Shown here: one piece after another, positions 28,550 through 37,337 of the stretch
How positions within the stretch are numbered: the stretch's first letter is position 1
Layout of the letters: the number at the start of each line of letters is the position of its first letter
Source of the DNA: Hyphomicrobiaceae bacterium
GTDB lineage: Bacteria > Pseudomonadota > Alphaproteobacteria > Rhizobiales > Hyphomicrobiaceae
Direction: 5' to 3'
Length of the DNA: 64,000 bases
Assembly (NCBI GenBank): GCA_041288195.1
Contig: JBGGME010000045.1
Span: 4,247-68,246 of the forward strand
Program-made: the position numbers and the translations under genes
The notes under the pieces: model-generated
The model's database searches: none
Told to the model about the DNA's origin: nothing
Seen by the model: only the letters and a program-made list of their open reading frames with translations

Positions 28550-29731
28550 ATGACCCAGCCGATGCTGTTCTCCCCGCTCGAGATCAGGGGCATGCGCCTC
28601 AAGAACCGGGTGGTGGTTGCGCCCATGCACCAGTACTCGGCGGTCGAGGGTTTCGCCACCGACTGGCACCTCGTCAACGCCGGCCGCTACGCGGTTGGCG
28701 GCGCCGGCCTCGTCATGATGGAGTCGACCAAGGTTGCGCGCAGCGGCTGCGGCACTGTGGGCGATACCGCGCTGTGGGACGACAAGTTCATTCCCGCGCT
28801 CGCCCGCTGCGCCGCCTTCATCAAGAAGCACGGCGCCGTGGCCGGCATCCAGCTCGGCCACTCGGGGCGCAAGGCGCGGCTCAGCCGGCCCTGGGAGGGC
28901 GGCAAGCCGCTGCGGGGCGATGAGCCCGAGATCTACGACTGGCAGGGCTGGGAGCTGGTGGCACCCAGCGCGGTGCCCCACTCGGAGCGCGCGCCGACGC
29001 CTCGGGCGCTGTCCCACAACGAGGTGCGCGACCTCGCGGTCAAGTGGGGCGAGGCGGCAACGCGCGCCCAGCAGGCGGGGTTCGACATGGTCGAGATCCA
29101 CGCCGCGCACGGTTACCTCATCCACCAGTTCCTCTCGCCCGCCGCCAACCAGCGCACCGATGCCTACGGCGGCTCGGAGATGAACCGCATGCGCTTCGCC
29201 GTCGAGGTGGCGGAGTGCGTGCGCGCCGTGTGGCCGGCAGAGAAGCCTCTGTTCATGCGCCTATCCTGCGAGGACGACGCCGGCTGGGGCCCCGAGGAGA
29301 GCGTACGGCTCGCGCGCCTCCTGAAGGCCAAGGGCGTCGATGTGATCGACTGCTCCTCCGGCGGCATGACGGCCGGCTCGCCGATGGAGAGTGCGCGGGC
29401 CGGCAAGTATGGCTACCAGGTGCCCTACGCCGAGAAGATCCGGAAGGAAGCGGGCGTCATGACCATGGCCGTCGGCCATATCGTCCATGCCGACCAGGCC
29501 GAGACGATCCTGCGGGACAGCCAAGCCGACCTCGTCGCCCTGGCGCGCGAGATCATGTACAATCCCAACTGGGCGATGGATGCAGCGCAGAAGCTGGGCG
29601 CCGACCCCGATTTCGGGCTGGTTCCTCCGCCTTACTCCTATTGGCTCAGCAAGCGTGCCAAATCCGCTTTCGAGGGCAAGCCTTCCACGTGGATGACGAG
29701 CCTCGGCCGGCAGGATCGGGCCGAGAGCTGA
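28550..29731 (+). CDS. NADH:flavin oxidoreductase, Old Yellow Enzyme family
   Basis: LFSPLEIRGMRLKNRVVVAPM, IQLGHSGRKA, EIHAAHGYLIHQFLSP motifs. Confidence 0.85.
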   Translation: MTQPMLFSPLEIRGMRLKNRVVVAPMHQYSAVEGFATDWHLVNAGRYAVGGAGLVMMESTKVARSGCGTVGDTALWDDKFIPALARCAAFIKKHGAVAGIQLGHSGRKARLSRPWEGGKPLRGDEPEIYDWQGWELVAPSAVPHSERAPTPRALSHNEVRDLAVKWGEAATRAQQAGFDMVEIHAAHGYLIHQFLSPAANQRTDAYGGSEMNRMRFAVEVAECVRAVWPAEKPLFMRLSCEDDAGWGPEESVRLARLLKAKGVDVIDCSSGGMTAGSPMESARAGKYGYQVPYAEKIRKEAGVMTMAVGHIVHADQAETILRDSQADLVALAREIMYNPNWAMDAAQKLGADPDFGLVPPPYSYWLSKRAKSAFEGKPSTWMTSLGRQDRAES

Positions 29732-29838
29732 GGCAAGCCAATCCCGCACCTCCAAATGTCGATTGCATTGTGCGGCCGGCTTTAAGCCGTCCTTCACACT
29801 GCGCGGGCTATTCACGGCCCGGGGGAACGACGTGAATC

Positions 29839-31113
29839 TTGCGCCGGTCTCACCCCATGCCGAAGGCCCGACCCGGACCGCTTGCCTCCCGGAGCCGCCG
29901 CAGGAGCCAGGACCCGCCGGCGATGGAGCCGGCCGTCGATGCGTTCGTGATCGACGACGAGGCCGGCATCTGCAGATACCTGTCTGCCGCGCTCGGCCAG
30001 CTGGGACTGGCGGCCGAGAGCTTCCATACCGCTGACGCGGCGATCGCCGCCTTCGAGCGCGGAAAGCCCGAGATCGTCTTCCTCGACATCGACCTCGGCG
30101 GCACCGACGCCGTCGACGTCATCCGCGCGCTCGGCGAGATGCGCTATGGCGGGATCGTGCAGCTGATGAGCGGCGCCAAGTCGGCCCTGCTCGACGATGT
30201 GCATCGCATCGGTGCCTTGCGCGGGCTCAACATGTGCCTGCCCCTGCAGAAGCCGTTTCGCGCCGATGCGATAAGGCAGGCGCTCGCCAGCGTGCCCCTC
30301 TGGGATCGCCCCGAGATCACCATCTCCCTTGCACCCGCGATCGAGCCCAGGCTCGAGGAGGCCATCGCCAACGCCTGGCTCGAGTTGTGGTATCAACCGC
30401 AGATCGACCTGCGCACGCGCAGCATCGCAGGCGTCGAGGCGATCATCGTCACCCGCCATCCCGTGCAGGGCGTCTCCCTCATCGAGGGGCTGCTGCCGCA
30501 AGCCAGCCCGACCACCAGGGCGGCCCTCGCCGAGCGCTTCCTCGCCCAAGCCCTCGACGATTGGAGCGATCTCGCCAGAGCCGGCCTCGGATCGCGCATC
30601 GCCATCGCCGCCAGCTTCGATGCGCTCGCCAACGGCAACCTCATGGAGGTCGCGCGCCGACAGCAGCCCAAGAGCGACCTCTGGCCCCGCCTCATCCTCG
30701 AGATCGGAGAGCACGAGGTCATCCAGGACATCAATCTCGCGCATGAGATCGCCACCCAGCTGCGCATCCACGACATCACGCTCGGGATCGACAATTTCGG
30801 CGCGGGCTTCTCCTCCTTCGAGCGGCTGCGCGAGCTGCCCTTCAGCGAGCTCAAGCTGCACCCGGGCTTCGTCGCGGGATGCGGGCGGGACGACAAGAAC
30901 GCCGGCATCTGTCGCGCGGCAATCGACCTTGCGCATCGGTTCGGGATCGTCGCGGTCGCCGACGGCCTGGAGAGCGAGGCGGACATGCGCGCCCTTCAAG
31001 GCATGGGCTGCGACGTCGGCCAGGGCCCGCTTCTCGCCGAGCCGATGCCGAAGTCGGAGCTCATGGACGTGTTCGGTGAGCGGGCGAGGACCAAGCATGC
31101 CTGGATCGGGTAG
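29839..31113 (+). CDS. Response-regulator receiver domain plus EAL (c-di-GMP phosphodiesterase) domain protein
   Basis: REC: VIDDE, FLDIDLGG, LQKPF. EAL: ELWYQPQIDL, EIGEHEV, DNFGAGFSS, KLHPGFV. The true start may be ATG 29923. Confidence 0.8.
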   Translation: MRRSHPMPKARPGPLASRSRRRSQDPPAMEPAVDAFVIDDEAGICRYLSAALGQLGLAAESFHTADAAIAAFERGKPEIVFLDIDLGGTDAVDVIRALGEMRYGGIVQLMSGAKSALLDDVHRIGALRGLNMCLPLQKPFRADAIRQALASVPLWDRPEITISLAPAIEPRLEEAIANAWLELWYQPQIDLRTRSIAGVEAIIVTRHPVQGVSLIEGLLPQASPTTRAALAERFLAQALDDWSDLARAGLGSRIAIAASFDALANGNLMEVARRQQPKSDLWPRLILEIGEHEVIQDINLAHEIATQLRIHDITLGIDNFGAGFSSFERLRELPFSELKLHPGFVAGCGRDDKNAGICRAAIDLAHRFGIVAVADGLESEADMRALQGMGCDVGQGPLLAEPMPKSELMDVFGERARTKHAWIG

Positions 31114-31167
31114 GCGGCTCGCCTGTCGTAGAGACCCGCATTGGATTGCAATGGAGCGGCCGCACTG

Positions 31168-31545
31168 ATGGCCAGGATACTCGATCGACCCGTTGTCCCC
31201 GCGAGCGACCAACCGTCGTCGCTTCGGCGGCGCGATGAGCGTCATGCGATCCGGGCGACCGCGCTCGCGTATTGTCACGGGCGCTTCCAGACCGTGCGGA
31301 TCGTCGACTATTCGCCCGGCGGCCTGCAGCTGCAAGGCTGCTTCGGCGTCAGCACAGGGGACGAGATCACCATCGAGCTGCTTTCCGGGCAGCGGCTCGC
31401 GGCAAAGGTGATGTGGTCGATGGGCAGCCGGCTCGGCGTCCGCTTCCTGCAACCTCTCGAGCAGGATCATCCCGTTCTGGCGGCCCTGACGCTCGCGAGC
31501 CGTCGCGTTGCCGGCGCCGCTGGCGCGCCGAAGGACGGCACCTGA
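31168..31545 (+). CDS. PilZ domain protein
   Basis: RRRDERH (RxxxR) and DYSPGGLQL (DxSxxG) motifs at canonical spacing. Confidence 0.65.
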   Translation: MARILDRPVVPASDQPSSLRRRDERHAIRATALAYCHGRFQTVRIVDYSPGGLQLQGCFGVSTGDEITIELLSGQRLAAKVMWSMGSRLGVRFLQPLEQDHPVLAALTLASRRVAGAAGAPKDGT

Positions 31546-31729
31546 GCGCGGCTCTCCTCTGCAATTGCGCCGGCTTTGTGCCTGTCCGGCTCCGCCTGAC
31601 CCATCGAGGTCTCTTCATGCCCTGCCCTGTGCCCGGTGCGGGTGAGGCTTGCGCGGGCGCGGATTGGCTCGCGCGCCGGATCGGCTATCGTCGCCGCCAC
31701 AACCCGGGCAGATGGAGACACCGCGCACA

Positions 31730-32806
31730 ATGGAGTTCGGCATCCTCTTCACCTCGCAGCCGCACAGGGACCGCGAGCCCTATCCGCATCGGGCCGTGCA
31801 CCAGCGCGTCACCGACGAGATCGTCGCCGCCGACCGCCTGGGCTTCGATTGCGCGTGGCTCGCCGAGCACCACTTCTCCACCGAGTACGGCATCATGCCG
31901 GACGTGTGGGTATATGCCGGCTACCTCGCAGCGCTGACCAGGCGCATCAAGCTCGGCATGGCCGTGGTGACGCTGCCGCTCGCCAACCCTGTGCGCACGG
32001 TGGAGAACGCCGCCTTCGTCGATATCCTGAGCGGCGGGCGCGTGGTGCTGGGCGTCGGCTCCGGCTACCGCAAGTACGAGTTCGACGGCTTCGGCCTCGA
32101 CTTCGAGGCGCGCCGCGACATGCAGGAGGAGGCGGTCGGGATCCTGCTCGATCTCGCGCGCACCGGCCGCAGCGCGCGCAAGGGCAAGCACTTCACGGTC
32201 GACATCTCGGGCGACTACGAGCTGCTGCCGCAGTCGGTACAGCGCCCCTATCCGCCGCTGTTCCTGGCCGGCGCCACCGACCGCTCGATCGGCACGGCCG
32301 GCCGCCTGGGCTTCGGCCTCATGCTGTCGACGCTGACGCCCTTCGACACGCTCGCGACCCAGGTCGCGCACTACCGCGCCAACCTCGAGACCGCGAGCAA
32401 GGCCGCCCGAGAGAACCCCGCGTTCGGGCACATCGACGTGGCGCGCTGGGTCTATGTCGCGGAGACGGACGCCAAGGCCAAGCGCGAGAGCGAGGAGGGC
32501 CTGATGCGCCACCTCGGGCACTTCTTCGGCGGCCACCAGGCGGGCTACCTGGGCCAGGCCTCCCAGGGCAAGGGCTCGATTGCCAGCGGTCTCGACTACG
32601 ACACGCTCGCCCGCTCCACCATCATCCACGGCTCGCCCGCCACCGTCGCCGCCCGCATCGCTGAGCTGAAGGAGAGGACCGGCCTCACCTCGCTGATGTT
32701 GCACTACCCGCCCTGGTACGGCACGGAACGGGCCAAGGCCTCGCTCGAGCTGTTCGCCCGCGAGGTGATGCCGCGCGTGCGCCCGCCCGCCAAGGCCGCG
32801 GAGTAG
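31730..32806 (+). CDS. Luciferase-like (LLM class) flavin-dependent oxidoreductase
   Basis: MEFGILF..., GFDCAWLAEHHF, GGRVVLGVGSGY. Alternative start at 31712. Confidence 0.8.
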   Translation: MEFGILFTSQPHRDREPYPHRAVHQRVTDEIVAADRLGFDCAWLAEHHFSTEYGIMPDVWVYAGYLAALTRRIKLGMAVVTLPLANPVRTVENAAFVDILSGGRVVLGVGSGYRKYEFDGFGLDFEARRDMQEEAVGILLDLARTGRSARKGKHFTVDISGDYELLPQSVQRPYPPLFLAGATDRSIGTAGRLGFGLMLSTLTPFDTLATQVAHYRANLETASKAARENPAFGHIDVARWVYVAETDAKAKRESEEGLMRHLGHFFGGHQAGYLGQASQGKGSIASGLDYDTLARSTIIHGSPATVAARIAELKERTGLTSLMLHYPPWYGTERAKASLELFAREVMPRVRPPAKAAE

Positions 32807-32825
32807 GCGAGCGGTTCTCCACTAC

Positions 32826-32986
32826 GTCATCCCGTGCAGGCGTCGCGCCAGCGGCGCGGCGCCGGAGGCACGGGACCCAGTCCACGCATCAGCATACCGT
32901 GCGTGCGCCCACCCGCCCGGGCCGCGGAATAGGCGAGCGCAGTTGAACGTGCTGGTGTACTGGGTCCCGACCTTCGTCGGGATGAC
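32826..32986. repeat. Family A repeat split into two halves around a duplicated gene fragment
   Basis: Left half gtcatcccg...cgggacccag (32826..32880) and right half tgggtcccg...cgggatgac (32961..32986) are separated by ~80 nt that include a 40-nt copy of the LLM gene 3' end. Confidence 0.55.
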
Positions 32987-32987
32987 G

Positions 32988-33785
32988 TCACTTGGCGAGG
33001 TCGCGCACCTGCTTGGCCCGCGCGGTGGCCTCGGCGAGCAGGAAGCCGATGTCGGTGCCGGTCGAGACGTAGCGCGCGCCCATCTTCACGAACTCGGCGA
33101 TAAGCTGCGGGCGCGAGGCGAGCCCGCCGACGCCCACATGCTTGCCGTGCTTGCTCGCGGCGCCGATGGCACGCGCGTAGGCCTCGCGCACCTTGTCGTG
33201 CTCGAACTGGCCGGGCAGGCCGAGGTCGGCCAGAAGATCGTTGGTGCCGATCAGCACGATGTCGACGCCCTCGACGGCCATGATCTCCTCGGCCTTCTCG
33301 ACCGCGGCCCAGCTCTCGAACTGCACGATCACGCTCGTCGCGGCATTGAGCGCCGCGTTCGCCTCCGCCGCCGGGAAACTGCGATACTGCAGGTGCGGCA
33401 GCGGCCCGCCGGCACCACGGCTGCCGAGCGGCGCGTACTTCGCTGCGGCGACCACGGCGCGCGCCTCCTCGGCCGAGCGCACGTCGGGCGCGACGATGCC
33501 CAGCGCCCCGGCGTCGAGCACGCGCGAGATGTACTCGGGTGTATTGGCCGGCACGCGCACGAACGCCGGCAGGCCCATCTCCAGGCCCGCGATGCAGACC
33601 TGCCCCGTGGCGTCGAGGGTGAGGCTCGAATGCTCGAGATCGACGTAGAGCGCGTCGAAGCCCGCCGTCCTGGCGATGCGCGCGATCTCGATGCCGCGCA
33701 CCAGCCGCACCGTCATCGACGAGACGACCTCGCCGCGGGCGAGCCGCTCCTTGAAGGTATTGCGCAGGATGTCGCCGGGTTTCAC
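32988..33785 (-). CDS. HpcH/HpaI family aldolase
   Basis: FDALYVDLEHS, VRVP, IGTNDL motifs. GTG 33785 is preceded by GGGAG, 14 nt after the upstream stop. Confidence 0.8.
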   Translation of the reverse strand: MKPGDILRNTFKERLARGEVVSSMTVRLVRGIEIARIARTAGFDALYVDLEHSSLTLDATGQVCIAGLEMGLPAFVRVPANTPEYISRVLDAGALGIVAPDVRSAEEARAVVAAAKYAPLGSRGAGGPLPHLQYRSFPAAEANAALNAATSVIVQFESWAAVEKAEEIMAVEGVDIVLIGTNDLLADLGLPGQFEHDKVREAYARAIGAASKHGKHVGVGGLASRPQLIAEFVKMGARYVSTGTDIGFLLAEATARAKQVRDLAK

Positions 33786-33798
33786 TGGGCCCACTCCC

Positions 33799-35409
33799 TC
33801 ACAGCTCACGCAACGCATTGAACTGGGCGACGTAGCCCGACGGATCGATGCGCGCACCGATCACCGTCGTGCGCCCTGACTTCACCGCGGCGGCAAGCGC
33901 ATCGCCCAGCCCCCTCTCGGTGTCGACCACCGTCGCGTCGCAACCGAAGGCCGTGCCGAGCCTCTCCCAGTCGACGCCGCCGAGCTTCACGCCGTGCAGC
34001 GGGATGCCCTTGATCTCCTGCTTGACGCGGATGAGGCCGATCTCCTCATCGTCGAACACAACCACGATGATCGGGAGCTTCTCGCGCTGCGCCGTCTGCA
34101 GCTCCGCCACCGCCATCAGGAACCCGCCGTCGCCGGCGAACGCCACCACGGGGCGGTCGGGATGGACGAGCCGCGCCGCCATGGCGCCCGGCACCGCAAA
34201 GCCCATGGAGCCCAGCCCATTGGAGGCCAGGAACTCGCGCGGCCCGTAGGCCTCCCACTTCTGCACCACCAGCAAACGGCTCGCGCCCGCATCGCAGGTG
34301 GCGATCGTCTCGCGCGGCAGCACGGCGCGGGCGACCTCCATGGCGCGCTGCGGGGAGAGGCCCGTGCTCGGCACGTCGAGCGCGTCGCGCACCTGCTGGC
34401 GGAAGGTCCTGGCCGCGGCCTCGCCCCAGTCCCCGCCCTCGGGCGCCCATTCGACGAACGCCGCCAGCAGCGATTTCATGTCGCCGACGATCTCGGGGTC
34501 GGCGGGGACCAGAGCATCGAGGCTGGGCACCGGCGAGATGGCGAGCACTGGTAGCGTGTAGGGCCAGGGCTTGGGCTGCAGCTCGACCGCGTCGAGGCCG
34601 ACGGCGACGATCAGGTCGGACTGGTTGATGAGGTTGCGCTCGATCAGCCCGCCGATGATGCATCCGGCCCGCAGCGGGTGGTCCTCGGGGATCGCGCCCT
34701 TGCACTTGGGCGTGGTCAGCACCGGGGCGCCTAGCCGCTCGGCGAAACGCACCATCTCCGGCGCGGCGCGGCCCCACAGCACGCCGAGGCCGACCATCAG
34801 GATCGGCCGCCGCGCGCGCTTGAGCATGGCGAGCGCCGGCTCGAGATCGCGTCGGTCGGGCCGCGGGCTCACGGTGTTGGGCATGAGCGGCGGCTCGGCC
34901 ACGTAGTCGCCGGCCTCGCGCGTGGTCTCGCTCTGCGGCAGCTCGAAGTGCACGGGACCCGGAGGCGCGCCGGTCGCCGTGCGCATGGCGCGGCGCACCT
35001 GCTGGCGCACGACCTTCGCATCGATGGTGGTGCTCCACTTGCAGAGCGGGGCGTAGACGGCAAGCTGGTTGATGCGCTGCCTGAGCCCGGTCTCGTAGGT
35101 TGGCCGCGAGTAGGCATCCGTGATGGCGATCAGCGGCGCGCGGTCGAGCAGAGCATGGGCGATGCCGTTGACCATGTTGGCGGCGCCCGGCCCGCGCGTG
35201 GAGAGACACACGCCCGGGCTGCCGGTGAGCTCGCCCCAGGTCGCGGCAAGCATGGCGCCCGCCACCTCCTGCTTCATCAGCAGGAAGCGCATCTGCCGCT
35301 GCCGGCCGGCCTCCATCAGCTCGACGGACTCGCCGCCCGGATGTCCCACGATGAAGGGCGTGCCCGCTTCCTTGAATGCGGCGGCGAGCACCTCGACGGT
35401 TGTAGCCAC
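33799..35409 (-). CDS. Thiamine-diphosphate-dependent enzyme (acetolactate synthase large-subunit-like)
   Basis: GHPGGES, TRGPGAANMVNGIA, GDGGF...ThDP-binding motif. GTG start at 35409. Confidence 0.85.
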   Translation of the reverse strand: MATTVEVLAAAFKEAGTPFIVGHPGGESVELMEAGRQRQMRFLLMKQEVAGAMLAATWGELTGSPGVCLSTRGPGAANMVNGIAHALLDRAPLIAITDAYSRPTYETGLRQRINQLAVYAPLCKWSTTIDAKVVRQQVRRAMRTATGAPPGPVHFELPQSETTREAGDYVAEPPLMPNTVSPRPDRRDLEPALAMLKRARRPILMVGLGVLWGRAAPEMVRFAERLGAPVLTTPKCKGAIPEDHPLRAGCIIGGLIERNLINQSDLIVAVGLDAVELQPKPWPYTLPVLAISPVPSLDALVPADPEIVGDMKSLLAAFVEWAPEGGDWGEAAARTFRQQVRDALDVPSTGLSPQRAMEVARAVLPRETIATCDAGASRLLVVQKWEAYGPREFLASNGLGSMGFAVPGAMAARLVHPDRPVVAFAGDGGFLMAVAELQTAQREKLPIIVVVFDDEEIGLIRVKQEIKGIPLHGVKLGGVDWERLGTAFGCDATVVDTERGLGDALAAAVKSGRTTVIGARIDPSGYVAQFNALREL

Positions 35410-35557
35410 GCTGCCAGCCCTCCCCGGACGTCCGTCTCTCTTGGGAGGCAATCTATACGAGGCAGGCCCCGCGCGCATGCGCAGCGTGCAGGGCTGCCGC
35501 GCGATCGGGCGCGCCAGGCAATGCCAAGTTCACAAAAGGGGGGAAGGTAGCCGGTCG

Positions 35558-35896
35558 CTACGCGGCGCGGGCGCGGCTACGCAGGTAGCTGTCGAAGATG
35601 GCGATGACGTCCCCGTGCGTGCCGGTGTCGTTGACGCGCGACAGGCTGCCGCCGGGCTCCCGCATGGCCGCCGCCGCCTTGTCGGCGAGCGCGATGGACT
35701 GGCGCTTGTCGCCGGTCATCTCGTAGGCCGCTCGATTGAGCGCACCCCAGAGACAGAACTGCACCGCCTCCCGCGACCGCCAGCTGACGGCGTTGCCACT
35801 CACGTCCCTGGCGAACTCGCCCTGCGTCCACGCCGCCGGGTCCGCGATCAGCGCACGCGCCTGCTCTATGACCTGTCGCTCGAGTGGCTTCGACAT
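35558..35896 (-). CDS. Hypothetical protein (112 aa)
   Basis: Native-looking G+C. The AWTQGEFARD...FCLWGAL pattern reminds me of small DUF-type proteins also seen in phages, but I cannot assign it. Confidence 0.5.
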   Translation of the reverse strand: MSKPLERQVIEQARALIADPAAWTQGEFARDVSGNAVSWRSREAVQFCLWGALNRAAYEMTGDKRQSIALADKAAAAMREPGGSLSRVNDTGTHGDVIAIFDSYLRSRARAA

Positions 35897-36074
35897 GGCT
35901 GCGGAGACCCCTCAATCAGGAGGCGAAAAACCCTGCCCCGGCACGTGGGGCTTGTCGCATCGTTCTGCAAGACAAAGCAAAACGCACGTCGCCGTTCCAT
36001 CCTATATGGCCACAGCTGGCGCGCAACCGCCTGTTCCCCAGGGAACAGCGCCGGCCAGGCCACGCAGATTCGTG

Positions 36075-36269
36075 CTAGCCCGGCGGACGGTCGCTGAACA
36101 GGAAGCCGCCCTTGGCCTTGGATTCCTTGGAGCTTTCGACGATCTGCACCAGCACCGCTTCCGGCTTGACGTTGAAGTTCTTCACGACGGCGTCCGTGAT
36201 CTCCTTCACCAGCATACGCTTCTGATCGAGCGTGCGGCCTTCCACCGCATGAACGTAGACTTCGGGCAT
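36075..36269 (-). CDS. 4-oxalocrotonate tautomerase family protein
   Basis: MPEVYVHAVEGRTLDQKRMLVKEITDAV: N-terminal Pro-1 and the family pattern. 64 aa. Confidence 0.75.
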   Translation of the reverse strand: MPEVYVHAVEGRTLDQKRMLVKEITDAVVKNFNVKPEAVLVQIVESSKESKAKGGFLFSDRPPG

Positions 36270-36446
36270 CGCATCCTCCGGCTTTGCTTGTGCAGGCTCG
36301 CCACTTGATCCTACGAGGCTGCGGCGCACCTGACCAGCGCCCGTTGCGGTTGGCCATGCAGGGCGTGCTGGCTATGATCGCTCCCAACCGACGCAGGGCG
36401 AGACGATCGTGCGCAAGCAAGAGGGCGTGCGCGAGCAAGAGGGCAA

Positions 36447-37337
36447 GTGATGCACACCACCAGGATCGGAGACTACAGCGTCGGCCGGATCACCGAGATC
36501 CAGTTCGCGCCGTTCGCCGCGACCGAGTTCTTTCCGGCCGCCACGCCGGAGATGGTGCAGGCGGCGAGCCGGGCGCTGCCCGGGCGCTTCAGCGACGACG
36601 GCAAGATCGTCATGAGCTTCCACGCCTTCGTGCTCAGGACCGGCCGCCACACCATCATGGTCGACACCTGCTGCGGCGCCGACAAGCCGCGTCCGGGCCG
36701 CGAGCAGTTCAACGTCGGCAAGCAGGACTTCATCGCCGGGCTCGCCGCCGTCGGCGTCAAGCCGGAGGAGGTGACGCACGTCATGTGCACGCACCTGCAC
36801 TGGGACCACGTGGGGTGGAACACCAGGCTCGTCGACGGCCGCTGGGTGCCCACCTTCCCGAACGCGAAGTACATCATGGCCAAGCGCGAATACGACTACT
36901 GGGACGGCGTCTACGCCAAGGAGAAGGGCAAGCAGGACAACATGCACGCGCTGGGCTTCGAGGACAGCGTGCTCCCCGTGATGCGAGCCGAGAAGGCGAT
37001 CCTGGTGGCCGACGACTACGAGCTCGACAAGGGCATCTCGCTCGAGCCCTGCCACGGGCACTCGCCGGGGCACGTGGTCATCAACGTCGCCTCGGGCGGC
37101 AAGAAGGGCGTGTTCATCGGCGACGTCATCCACCATCCGATCCAGCTCCTCCATCCGGAGCTGTCGACCCGGGCCGACTTCGACCAAAACGCCGCACGCG
37201 CGAGCCGCACGGCGCTGATCGAGAAGCACGCGGGCACCGGCACCCTCGTGCTGCCACAGCACTTCGCCACCCCGACCTGCGGCACCATCGAGCGCGCCGG
37301 CGGCGCCTTCCGCTTCGACTTCATCCAGGGCAGTTGA
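36447..37337 (+). CDS. MBL-fold metallo-hydrolase
   Basis: THLHWDHVG (HxHxDH) motif; 296 aa; GTG-ATG start. Confidence 0.8.
   Translation: MMHTTRIGDYSVGRITEIQFAPFAATEFFPAATPEMVQAASRALPGRFSDDGKIVMSFHAFVLRTGRHTIMVDTCCGADKPRPGREQFNVGKQDFIAGLAAVGVKPEEVTHVMCTHLHWDHVGWNTRLVDGRWVPTFPNAKYIMAKREYDYWDGVYAKEKGKQDNMHALGFEDSVLPVMRAEKAILVADDYELDKGISLEPCHGHSPGHVVINVASGGKKGVFIGDVIHHPIQLLHPELSTRADFDQNAARASRTALIEKHAGTGTLVLPQHFATPTCGTIERAGGAFRFDFIQGS

Noticed and set aside
36284-37333. N-terminal 350 aa of the 811-aa ORF 36284..38719.
   Set aside because: This part overlaps the MBL hydrolase gene in another frame and is Arg/Pro-rich. Only the part from TTG 37334 onward matches the PrpD family.
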